From assembly GCA_002838935.1 (NCBI GenBank), contig PGXE01000003.1, positions 1 to 34,997 on the forward strand: DNA of 34,997 nucleotides. The letters run 5' to 3'. The notes under the pieces were generated by a model. That model did no database searches. It saw only the letters and a program-made list of their open reading frames with translations, and was not told the origin of the DNA. Positions 1-7,781 of this stretch are shown here, in pieces. The stretch's first letter is position 1; each line of letters begins with the position of its first letter. A program made the translations under genes and the position numbers. This DNA is from Thermoplasmata archaeon HGW-Thermoplasmata-1. GTDB taxonomy: Archaea > Thermoplasmatota > E2 > GCA-002838935.

Positions 1-106
1 GTGAAAACGAGCCCTGAGATAGACCGAAACAAAGTTTCGGGCGGGTCGAGGGGTGAGTGAAAACGAGCCCTGAGATAGACCGAAACAAAGTTTCGGGCGT
101 GTCGAG
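1..106. repeat. Tandem direct repeat: two 50-bp copies (1-50 and 57-106) with a 56-bp period, cut by the window edge
   Basis: Direct reading: gtgaaaacgagccctgagatagaccgaaacaaagtttcgggcg[g/t]gtcgag occurs twice with one mismatch. Each copy carries the perfect hairpin ccgaaac-aaa-gtttcgg (23-39 and 79-95). The array starts at base 1, so more copies may lie upstream. Confidence 0.85.
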
Positions 107-165
107 GAAGCTTTGCTTCCGAGATAAACCGAAGCGCGAGAGCGATTCGGTTCATTTGGGAGCGA
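107..165. repeat. Degenerate third unit of the same repeat, with a different hairpin
   Basis: ttccgagataaaccgaagc (117-135) resembles ccctgagatagaccgaaac of the upstream units. Here the hairpin is ccgaa-g-cgc-GAGA-gcg-a-ttcgg (129-150), a GNRA-type tetraloop. By-eye alignment only. Confidence 0.5.
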
Positions 166-306
166 GCGAAGCGAGCAAACAAATTAGACGCAAGTCCCAA
201 CCTCGGTTTCGGCTTGCTCGAAAGTTGCCCCGGTTTTACTATCTGCAACTTTCTCACTCGACCGAGACGCTCAAACCTAGGTTTATGGACACTAAAATAC
301 TAAAAA

Positions 307-699
307 TCAATTCCTCAAACTGAAGAAATACCGGGTCGGAATCCTCTTCCTTTTTCCGGTCCAGTATGGGCAGGCCGGACACTTTAGCTCTATCGTGACC
401 TCGCCGCCCCATATCGTCCTGTTCCGCAGGTGCTTCAACTTTTCACCGCAAACAGGACAAAACCGGAGTATTCTTTTCGGGTCCCCCGGCCTTGCCCTTA
501 TCTCGAGGCGCACGAAATCGCTCTGGGCCGCAAGCCTCCTTGCCCGATTGCCAGCCAGCCGGAAATCGCCGTCCCGTATCCTGAGCCGTTCGATGACGAG
601 TTCGGATAGCTTGCGCTGTGAGCCGACCGTGCCCGCGACCGCAAGCACTTCCAGGATGCACTCTCGCACTTCTTCGTCACTTGGGATTTTGTAACCCAT
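307..699 (-). CDS. Hypothetical small protein (130 aa) with a C-terminal CxxC...CxxC zinc ribbon
   Basis: ATG-initiated ORF divergent from the acyl-CoA synthetase gene. CPVC (aa 81-84) and CPAC (aa 107-110) are spaced like a zinc ribbon, followed by a basic tail (GKRKRIPTRY). The N-terminal half is helical and charged. I do not recognise a named family. Confidence 0.6.
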   Translation of the reverse strand: MGYKIPSDEEVRECILEVLAVAGTVGSQRKLSELVIERLRIRDGDFRLAGNRARRLAAQSDFVRLEIRARPGDPKRILRFCPVCGEKLKHLRNRTIWGGEVTIELKCPACPYWTGKRKRIPTRYFFSLRN

Positions 700-842
700 T
701 AAACGGATAATGCTCTATCTTTACTTAACCGTTTTCCGGCTACGCGAAAAACTTCGGTTGTTTCTGGTCTGCCGCAAAGCGCCTTGGAAAACTTTATGAA
801 CGGCAATTTACTCTGCTTTCTGATTACCATGGGGGTAACAGA

Positions 843-2495
843 ATGATGTATTTTGGAGAGAAGCAAAAGACGATGTCCGGAATAGCCAGATATGCCGCCG
901 AAAAGTGGGGCGGGCGACCTGCGGTAAAGTTCGATGACCGCGTTATCTCGTACGCCGAACTCGACCTTGCAAGCGACGGCTTCGCGAAAGGGTTGATGGC
1001 GCTTGGAGTAAAAAAGGGTGATCGGGTCGGTATCTGGATGCACAACCATCCGGAGTGGGTCGTGGCCTGGTTTGGCGCATCGAAGGCCGGCGCGACGATG
1101 GTGCCCCTTGATTATTGGTATAAGGCCGGAGAGGCGCAGTATATCCTCTGGCACAGCGGCACGTCAGTAGTCATTACGAGCGAGCCGATGTTCAAGGTGG
1201 ACTTCCTAGGTATGATAAACGAGATACGCACCGAGTTGCCGGAACTCAAGCACGCAGTCGTCTACGGCGAGTTGGGCGACCGCGCCAAGAACGGCTGGAT
1301 GACGGGCTTTGGCGAGTTGTTCGAGATAGGGAAAAAAGTCTCGGATGCGGAACTTGAAGCGCGGATGGACAAGACCGTGGAGTCCGACATCCACTTCATA
1401 CTCTACACTTCCGGAACGACGGGCAAGCCAAAGGGGGCGTCGCTCTCTCACCGCAACGTCATCCTCAACGCATGGATAGGCGGCGCGGGCCTGCGGGTTA
1501 CGCCTGAGGACAACATCCTCGTGCCGGTGCCCTATTCGCACTGCTTTGGCAACACGCTCGCGCTAACGCTCGCAAGCCTTCGCGGCGCATGCCAGACGCC
1601 CATGATCGCCTACGCGCCGGCAGAGGCGCTGCGCACCATAGAGAAGCAGAAATGCACGCTGCACCACGGAGTTCCCACCATGTTCATCCGCGAACTCGAA
1701 GCGCTAAAGTCTGAAAAATTCGACCTCTCGTCGATGCGTTCGGGATTCGTAGCGGGCGCGCCCTGCCCCAAGGAGGTGATGGTTGCGGTGCGCGAGAAGA
1801 TGGGTACGCAACTTCTCAACGTCTACGGGCAGACCGAAGCGTCGCCGCTCATCACGATGAACCGCTTCGGCGACGACATCGACACCATGAGCACGACTGT
1901 CGGCGTCGCGATACCCGGAGTCGAGATACGCATAGTCGACCCGATGACGCACAAGGAAATGCCTTGCGGGGAACAGGGGGAGCTTGCCTGCCGCGGCCAC
2001 TGCGTCATGGATGGCGGATACTACAAGCAGCCTGACAAGACCGCAGAAACCGTCGATGAGGGGGGTTGGCTTTACACCGGAGACCTTTCGGTCGAGACGC
2101 CTTACGGATATTACAAGATAACGGGGCGCGCAAAGGACATGGTGATAGTCGGCGGCTTTAACGTATTCCCGAAGGTCATAGAGGACCACATCATAAGGCA
2201 TCCGAAGGTGCAGGACGTTGCCGTTACAGGCGCAAAGGATTTTGATCTGGGAGAGGTCGTAGCGGCAGCGGTCATACCGGCAGCGGGGCAAAAGATCGAC
2301 CCGGTGGAGATAGTTGATTGGTGCTACGGCGAGATGTCGTCTGCGGCCGTGCCAAGATACGTTCTGATCGCGGAAAATCTTCCCTATTCCGGGCGCGGAA
2401 AGGTGCAGAAATTCAAGCTAAATGACCTGCTAAACGAGAAGATGGAAAAAGGCGAGATGGTGAAGTTGAAGCCGTCGAAGGTTGGGAAGAAGTAA
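843..2495 (+). CDS. AMP-forming acyl-CoA synthetase / AMP-dependent synthetase-ligase (ANL superfamily)
   Basis: Carries the canonical AMP-binding signature YTSGTTGKPKGA, then YGQTE and a GDL...D.GYY.I.GR.KD-like block (TGDLSVETPYGYYKITGRAKD) and a C-terminal GKVQKFKL lysine motif. GGGGG lies 7 nt upstream of ATG 843. ATG 846 and ATG 873 are possible alternative starts. Substrate is not inferable. Confidence 0.9.
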   Translation: MMYFGEKQKTMSGIARYAAEKWGGRPAVKFDDRVISYAELDLASDGFAKGLMALGVKKGDRVGIWMHNHPEWVVAWFGASKAGATMVPLDYWYKAGEAQYILWHSGTSVVITSEPMFKVDFLGMINEIRTELPELKHAVVYGELGDRAKNGWMTGFGELFEIGKKVSDAELEARMDKTVESDIHFILYTSGTTGKPKGASLSHRNVILNAWIGGAGLRVTPEDNILVPVPYSHCFGNTLALTLASLRGACQTPMIAYAPAEALRTIEKQKCTLHHGVPTMFIRELEALKSEKFDLSSMRSGFVAGAPCPKEVMVAVREKMGTQLLNVYGQTEASPLITMNRFGDDIDTMSTTVGVAIPGVEIRIVDPMTHKEMPCGEQGELACRGHCVMDGGYYKQPDKTAETVDEGGWLYTGDLSVETPYGYYKITGRAKDMVIVGGFNVFPKVIEDHIIRHPKVQDVAVTGAKDFDLGEVVAAAVIPAAGQKIDPVEIVDWCYGEMSSAAVPRYVLIAENLPYSGRGKVQKFKLNDLLNEKMEKGEMVKLKPSKVGKK

Positions 2496-2519
2496 AAAAT
2501 ATAACTCTTGTGACATCCT

Positions 2520-2538
2520 CCCCGCCCAAAGGGCGGGG
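2520..2538 (+). terminator. GC-rich hairpin about 25 nt after the acyl-CoA synthetase stop (candidate terminator or RNA-stability hairpin)
   Basis: ccccgccc-aaa-gggcgggg forms a perfect 8-bp stem with a 3-nt loop. No oligo-T tract follows, so a terminator function is uncertain. Confidence 0.3.
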
Positions 2539-2938
2539 CTTCCAACTTAGAAATATGCCGATAGTTTAGTCTGATGAACGTCTTCTTGATGTCTTACGTA
2601 ATCGCAAGTCGTTTCCAAGTCTACATTCCTTCGCATGCTTGCGGAGGAAGACAATGAAGCGCGAAAGCGATTCGTAGGAATCACCGATGGTTCGGTAAAA
2701 CTTTCCGGTATCCATCTTTATTTCACCTTTTTATATTGTTTTTTCAGCCTGCTCCACAGCAGGCTTGATTTAGAGAATAACTTTCTCTCGCTCTATTAAT
2801 TGTTTTGGTTGCTTTGTAGCCAATACCCAAACAATCCCTATCCCGGCAACAGGCAGATGCGGGAATCAATAATGGCAGCATTTTGTCTGTTGTAACCGGA
2901 TATGAAAAAGGGGAGAGTGGCTAGTTAGTTTTCTCTCA

Positions 2939-3643
2939 TCAAAACCCGTATTTTCCCCTTAGCGGCACGAATGCGCAGCCGCCCAGTCTTTCACTGCTGC
3001 AACCGCCTCCATTCTCATCTTTCTTAATCCTGACGAGTTCGCAAAAGATGTTCCCCACCGGCACGAGCAGAATTCCGCCCGGCTTCAACTGTTCGACGAG
3101 CGGGGGCGGAACCCTCGGTGCCGCGCAGGTCACGTATATCCTGTCGAACGGCGCCTCCTTTGCAAGTCCGCACGAACCGTCCCCCTCGACGACCCTTACA
3201 TTCGCAATCCCCGCCTTTGCGAGATTTGCCGCAGCCGCGCGTGCAAGACGGTTGTGACGCTCGACCGAAAAGACGGTGCCGCCCCCGCCTACGGCTGAAG
3301 CGGTTATCGCCGCGTGGTAGCCCGAACCGCAACCTATTTCCAGCACCTTTTGTCCCCCTTGCAACTCGAGCGCCTCGCACATTATCCCGACCATGTGCGG
3401 CGCGCTTATGGTCTGCCCGTAGCCTATCGGGAGGGGTTCGTCCTCGTAGGCGTGCGCCCTCATCGCCGCAGGCAGGAACAGTTCGCGGGGGACCGACAGG
3501 AACGCCTCGATGATACTCCGGCTCGACAGGATGCCTTCGTCGACAAGCCGTTCGACCATATTCGCCCTCTTCGCCCGCCACCCGCTTTCGCCGCCTCCCC
3601 TTTTTGGGCTTTCGGGTTTTAGGGGTTCTTCCTCGTCACGCAT
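2939..3643 (-). CDS. pcm: Protein-L-isoaspartate(D-aspartate) O-methyltransferase
   Basis: GQTISAPHMVGIMCEALEL and the SAM motif VLEIGCGSGYHAAI match this family, as do DRIYVTCAAP and the C-terminal FVPLRGKYGF. The whole length is collinear with archaeal Pcm as I remember it. Met29 (MVERLV) is an alternative start. A TATA-like box about 33 nt upstream of 3643 favours the long form. Confidence 0.9.
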   Translation of the reverse strand: MRDEEEPLKPESPKRGGGESGWRAKRANMVERLVDEGILSSRSIIEAFLSVPRELFLPAAMRAHAYEDEPLPIGYGQTISAPHMVGIMCEALELQGGQKVLEIGCGSGYHAAITASAVGGGGTVFSVERHNRLARAAAANLAKAGIANVRVVEGDGSCGLAKEAPFDRIYVTCAAPRVPPPLVEQLKPGGILLVPVGNIFCELVRIKKDENGGGCSSERLGGCAFVPLRGKYGF

Positions 3644-3673
3644 GAAAGGGATGTTGTGGTTCCCGTTACTTAA

Positions 3674-3686
3674 GGTTTTATAACCC
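3674..3686. promoter_or_regulatory. Near-palindromic TATA-like element in the divergent pcm / carbamate kinase intergenic region
   Basis: ggttttataaccc lies 33 nt from the pcm ATG (minus strand) and 47 nt from the arcC ATG (plus strand). An SD-like gggggttaaagg sits immediately before ATG 3731. Position-based inference only. Confidence 0.35.
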
Positions 3687-3730
3687 AGTCGGCCATTATC
3701 CCCATCCTTTCACATCATGGGGGTTAAAGG

Positions 3731-4672
3731 ATGACAAATAAGGGAAGGGCTGTTATCGCTCTCGGCGGAAACGCGCTTGTGAAACCTGAACAGAAAGGCA
3801 CGATATACGAACAGTTTGCAAACACCCGCGAGACCTCCGCCCATATCGTCAAGATGATAAAGGCGGGCTGGGAGGTGGTAATAACCCACGGCAACGGGCC
3901 GCAGGTGGGCGCCATACTGATACAGAACGAGCGTGCTAAGAACGAGGTTCCCGCAATGCCATTGGGCATATGCGTCGCCGAATCGGAAGGGGTCATCGGC
4001 TATATGATACAGCAGTGCCTTTCCAATGCGCTACGAAAGGCTGATCTGAAAAAGCCGGTCGTGGCCCTCGTTACGCAGGTGCTTGTTGACGACAACGACC
4101 CCTCTTTCTCGAACCCGACAAAACCGATCGGGCCGTATTACACGAAAAAGGTGGCGGAGGCGATGCGAAAGGCCGGGCAGCCGATGATGGAGCAGCGGCA
4201 CGGCTGGCGCATGATAGTCCCAAGCCCGGACCCGAAAGCGGTCGTCGAGGCGGACGTGATAAAAAAACTGATGGAAGACGGGATAATCGTCATCGCTTCC
4301 GGCGGCGGCGGAATGCCGGTGATAGAGAAACCGGGTTGGGGGCTCGACGGGCTTGAGGCGGTTATCGACAAGGACCTTGCGTCCGAGAGGCTCGCCCACC
4401 AGCTCGGCGCCGACCTTTTGCTCATCCTGACCGGCGAGGACAACGTATGCCTCAACTACGGCAAGCCGGATCAGCGGATATTGACGGGTGTGACTCTTGC
4501 GGAGATAAAGGCATACTACGAAGCGGGGCACTTCCCGCCGGGATCAATGGGGCCAAAGATACTTGCCGCGATACGCTTCCTCGAAGGAGGGGGAAAGAGG
4601 GTCGCTATAACGAGCCTCGATAAGGCCTACGAGGCCGCCGAAGGGCGCACGGGAACGCAGATAGTTTCGTGA
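3731..4672 (+). CDS. arcC: Carbamate kinase
   Basis: Family hallmarks are ALGGNAL, ITHGNGPQVG, RMIVPSPDP, ASGGGGMP, AVIDKDLASERLA and GSMGPKI. No arcA or arcB (arginine deiminase, ornithine carbamoyltransferase) is adjacent. Confidence 0.9.
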   Translation: MTNKGRAVIALGGNALVKPEQKGTIYEQFANTRETSAHIVKMIKAGWEVVITHGNGPQVGAILIQNERAKNEVPAMPLGICVAESEGVIGYMIQQCLSNALRKADLKKPVVALVTQVLVDDNDPSFSNPTKPIGPYYTKKVAEAMRKAGQPMMEQRHGWRMIVPSPDPKAVVEADVIKKLMEDGIIVIASGGGGMPVIEKPGWGLDGLEAVIDKDLASERLAHQLGADLLLILTGEDNVCLNYGKPDQRILTGVTLAEIKAYYEAGHFPPGSMGPKILAAIRFLEGGGKRVAITSLDKAYEAAEGRTGTQIVS

Positions 4673-4953
4673 TTCTATCTTTCTACGCGCATTATTCCTT
4701 TGATGTGTGCGCCTGTTTTGTCTTCTTGCCTTCGTGTTTTGCCTTCAACCTTTACGCGTTTCTGCCCCGTTTTATGTTCCGTTTATTTCAGCCGTCTCGG
4801 CCCAACTTTCTACCTTTTCATTGTGCGGCCAGATTTTGCCCTTTAAATAACATTTCAACAACCTATACAATCTTTATTTAAATCCAAACGTAGCTGCTTG
4901 CCACGAAGCCTGTGTGGATACAGGTCAAAGTTGAAAAAACGGAAGGCGAAAAA

Positions 4954-6105
4954 ATGTATGGGAAAATAGTGATTGCGGTCGCGTGCTTGATGCTTGCGTC
5001 CTCGTTTGCGGGTTGCGTGGGGAAAAATGAAACGGCGCTGGTCGTACCCGACGAACGAGTCGAGTTGTCCTCGCTTGCCGCATCAGACGCTCTGTTGCAT
5101 TATACGGGGGAGTTCCACAACGGCTGGGCGGTCTTCCGTCTGGATATTCCGGAATCGTGGTGGATGGAAAGGCCGGAAGATTCCGGGTTCTCTCTTCCGC
5201 TCCTGCTAAGCCTCGACTACACCGAAAAGAACAGGCCTCTTGCAAGCGAGATGGAACAGCCGCCGGAAGGGCACTTCTCCGCGGCGACCATAATGGGCGA
5301 GACTCAGTCCGGCCTACAGACCCTTGGCGGAGTCATGACGCAGTGGTACGCCAGAATCGACAACCTGCTGGATATCAAATCGACGCTCGCGCTGGAAAGG
5401 ATATACCTCCTGCTTGTGGACTGCTCCGTTTCGGCGGAGGGGGTCGTGCTGAAAGTCATGCCCGTCGACGAAGCCGCATGCACCGGCCACAACACCACCA
5501 TTGGCGAGATTGCAAATATGGCGGCCGAGGTGGAAAAGGGAAGGATCTCAATCGAAATGCTGCCCGATGCAACGGGAACCGGTGCCGATTTCGCATTCTA
5601 CAAAAGGTTCGTTTCGGCGGACGGCAAAGCTATCGAATATATGCGAAACGTGGAAGCCGCATGCCACGCAAACGGAATGTCCGAAATAGACATGCAGATG
5701 GAGGAGTGGATGCAACTGTCCTGCTCTTTTGCAAACCTTTCGAAAACGACGTGGGCGCATACCGAACTGTGGGTCGATGCGTATTCGTCCATGTTCTCTG
5801 GAATGATGGATTCGTCCTACTACACCTACTCTACCTGCCGCGGGACGTACGATAGCTACGACGATGCGCAAACGAGTATATTCGGCCTTGGTTTCGATGG
5901 TGATTTGGTCACCTGCTTCGCGGCAGATACCGCCCAGCAAAACGGCAGCATCTCCTTCGATTACGACCTGACGCTGTATGGCGGAGAAATAGGGAATGTC
6001 CGTTTCGCGTCGTTCTACGTCGCCGTTGACTTCGAAGCGATATACGACCTTGGCTGTAAGGATCTTGTCGCGGCAAACGATCCTGCCCGATTCTTCTCAT
6101 CCTGA
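4954..6105 (+). CDS. Hypothetical secreted lipobox protein (384 aa from ATG 4954), no recognised domain
   Basis: From ATG 4954 the N-terminus is MYGKIVIAVACLMLASSFAGC, i.e. n-region, h-region and an A-G-C lipobox. The ORF track extends to GTG 4912, which would add an acidic 14-aa leader atypical for a signal peptide. The rest is rich in D, E, S, Y and M and matched no motif I know. Confidence 0.65.
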   Translation: MYGKIVIAVACLMLASSFAGCVGKNETALVVPDERVELSSLAASDALLHYTGEFHNGWAVFRLDIPESWWMERPEDSGFSLPLLLSLDYTEKNRPLASEMEQPPEGHFSAATIMGETQSGLQTLGGVMTQWYARIDNLLDIKSTLALERIYLLLVDCSVSAEGVVLKVMPVDEAACTGHNTTIGEIANMAAEVEKGRISIEMLPDATGTGADFAFYKRFVSADGKAIEYMRNVEAACHANGMSEIDMQMEEWMQLSCSFANLSKTTWAHTELWVDAYSSMFSGMMDSSYYTYSTCRGTYDSYDDAQTSIFGLGFDGDLVTCFAADTAQQNGSISFDYDLTLYGGEIGNVRFASFYVAVDFEAIYDLGCKDLVAANDPARFFSS

Positions 6106-6112
6106 CGACGTT

Positions 6113-6201
6113 GAAGCCCCCGTTTGGGTGGCGCCACGAGTATCTCCTCGCCTCCTCCCCAAACAGGTTCCTCCAGACGGGGCTTCATATTTTTTATTTT
6201 T
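6113..6201 (+). terminator. Long hairpin followed by oligo-T tracts after the lipobox gene
   Basis: gaagcccccgt (6113-6123) pairs with acggggcttc (6177-6186). An inner tttggg/cccaaa pair is present, and tttttt-a-ttttt (6190-6201) follows directly. Oligo-T is the known archaeal termination signal. Confidence 0.45.
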
Positions 6202-6274
6202 GGACAATCCTATTTCATGCGTGTTTTCCTGTTCTGATTACCTTTATTAACGCCCCTCCCATTCGCTTTCTTGA

Positions 6275-7384
6275 ATGGCTACCATAGCCGAGCAGATAAA
6301 GGAGATTGAAGACGAGATCTTCAAGACCCAGAAGAACAAGGCCACAGAGCACCACCTCGGCAAGCTCAAGGCCAAGATAGCGAAGCTGAGGGACGAGCAG
6401 ATAAAGCAGCAGTCGGCAGGCGGCGCGGGCGTCTCTTTTGCGGTCCGAAAGAGCGGGAACGCAACAATCGGCCTGGTTGGCCTTCCAAGTGTCGGCAAGT
6501 CGACTCTGCTCAACAAGATAACGAACGCGAAGAGCGAAATAGGCGATTACGCTTTCACCACCCTCGACGTCGTGCCCGGAGTCATGGAATACAAGGGCGC
6601 GAAGATACAGGTCCTCGATCTGCCCGGCATCATAAAGGGCGCGGCTGCGGGAAAGGGGCGCGGGCGTGAGATTCTCTCGGTAGTCAGGACTGTCGACCTT
6701 ATCTGCCTCATGGTCGACGCCTATGACGGAAAACAACTCGACGTCATAACGAAGGAACTGTGGGACGTCGGGCTGCGGCTCAACCAGAGACCGCCGGGAA
6801 TCATCATGGCAAAGACCCAGCGCGGCGGGGTAAACGTGGCGACGACGGTCAATCTGACCAAGACCGATGTCGAAATGGTCGAAGACATCGCAGCCGAGTA
6901 TCGTATAATAAACGCCGACATCATAATACGCGAGGACGTGGACACAGACCAGTTGATAGATTTCTTTTCGGAAAACCGCATATACGTTCCGGCAATAGTG
7001 GTCATGTCGAAGGCGGACCTCACGGACAAGAACGTTTTGACATCCCTCAAAAAAAGATACGAGTGCGAGGGTTTCGACACGATAGCGATCTCGGCCCAGA
7101 CCGAAGCGGGCATCGAAAATCTCAAGGACGCGCTATACGGCACCCTGGAATTCATAAGAATATACCTAAAACCGCGCGGCGGCAAGCCGGATTTCAACGA
7201 ACCCCTCGTGGTAAAGAGCGGCTCGGACGTCGGTATGATATGCAACACCCTGCACCGCGACTTCTACAGAAAGTTCCGCTACGCGACCGTCTCCGGCCCT
7301 TCGTCCAAATTCCCGGACCAGAGGGTCGGCCTAGAGCACACGCTGCTTGACGGCGACGTGCTGACGATAATAGTCCGGAAGTGA
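6275..7384 (+). CDS. Developmentally regulated GTP-binding protein (DRG/Rbg, Obg-like GTPase with a C-terminal TGS domain)
   Basis: G1 is GLPSVGKSTLLN, the G2 region is TTLDVVPG, G3 is DLPGII and G4-like is SKAD. A C-terminal TGS-like block is present (PLVVKSGSDVGMICNTLHRDF...GDVLTI). A ctttattaa TATA-like box sits about 30 nt upstream, which suggests a leaderless mRNA. Confidence 0.9.
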   Translation: MATIAEQIKEIEDEIFKTQKNKATEHHLGKLKAKIAKLRDEQIKQQSAGGAGVSFAVRKSGNATIGLVGLPSVGKSTLLNKITNAKSEIGDYAFTTLDVVPGVMEYKGAKIQVLDLPGIIKGAAAGKGRGREILSVVRTVDLICLMVDAYDGKQLDVITKELWDVGLRLNQRPPGIIMAKTQRGGVNVATTVNLTKTDVEMVEDIAAEYRIINADIIIREDVDTDQLIDFFSENRIYVPAIVVMSKADLTDKNVLTSLKKRYECEGFDTIAISAQTEAGIENLKDALYGTLEFIRIYLKPRGGKPDFNEPLVVKSGSDVGMICNTLHRDFYRKFRYATVSGPSSKFPDQRVGLEHTLLDGDVLTIIVRK

Positions 7385-7444
7385 ATATCCGGCAAACATT
7401 TATCTAATGACAATCAATTTAGCCCGAATCTATAGGGTGTTGAA

Positions 7445-7729
7445 ATGTACATAGAAGAAGGCGCGATAATCGCTTTGATAGGCATGGGCGTCGTTTTCCT
7501 TTTCTTGTCGATATTAGCCCTCCTCATATCCCTTCTCGGCAGGGGCGGTGCGTTCTTTGACAGGCTGAAAAAGAAGAAGGGTGCGGAAAAAAACCTTCTT
7601 TTGCCCGGGCCAAGCGGCATAGTCATGGCCGAGGAAGAGGCGATACGGGATGCGATGTCAAAATTCCTGCTGGAGCGCTACGGAAGGAAGGTGGAGTTCG
7701 AGATAAAGGAAATAAAGAAGGGGGAGTGA
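7445..7729 (+). CDS. oadG: Sodium-pump decarboxylase gamma subunit (OadG family)
   Basis: Single N-terminal TM segment with the OadG-like GMGVVFLFLSILALLI motif. It lies immediately upstream of the alpha and beta subunit genes. Confidence 0.7.
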   Translation: MYIEEGAIIALIGMGVVFLFLSILALLISLLGRGGAFFDRLKKKKGAEKNLLLPGPSGIVMAEEEAIRDAMSKFLLERYGRKVEFEIKEIKKGE

Positions 7730-7781
7730 TGGCGCGCAATGGGATTTTCAAACAACCTGACGTGATATTGGAGGGAATACA

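Noticed and set aside
1-106. Possible CRISPR array at the window start
   Set aside because: The units are separated by only 6 nt, so there are no spacer-sized unique segments, and no cas genes are present. It is a tandem repeat, not a CRISPR array.
57-323. 88-aa plus-strand ORF across the tandem repeat region
   Set aside because: It is a translation of the repeat units and hairpins. It has a low-complexity basic composition, no start context, and overlaps the 3' end of the minus-strand zinc-ribbon gene.
699-1154. 151-aa minus-strand ORF overlapping the 5' end of the acyl-CoA synthetase gene
   Set aside because: It lies antisense to a gene with unambiguous family motifs, and its product is Arg/Pro/His-rich with no recognisable features. 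This is a typical GC-driven shadow ORF.
2566-2620. ctgatga / tgatg motifs resembling C and C' boxes of a C/D-box sRNA
   Set aside because: No downstream CUGA D or D' boxes occur at the required spacing, and the first box has C instead of the purine in RUGAUGA.
4669-4881. 70-aa ORF in the arcC-lipobox gene intergenic region
   Set aside because: The product is dominated by Phe, Cys, Leu and Pro, which simply reflects the T/C-rich strand. There is no SD or promoter context, and it overlaps the likely promoter of the next gene.
5157-5855. 232-aa alternative-frame ORF inside the lipobox gene
   Set aside because: Its Arg/Gly-rich composition is typical of an off-frame reading of GC-rich coding DNA. 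The annotated frame has a proper signal peptide.
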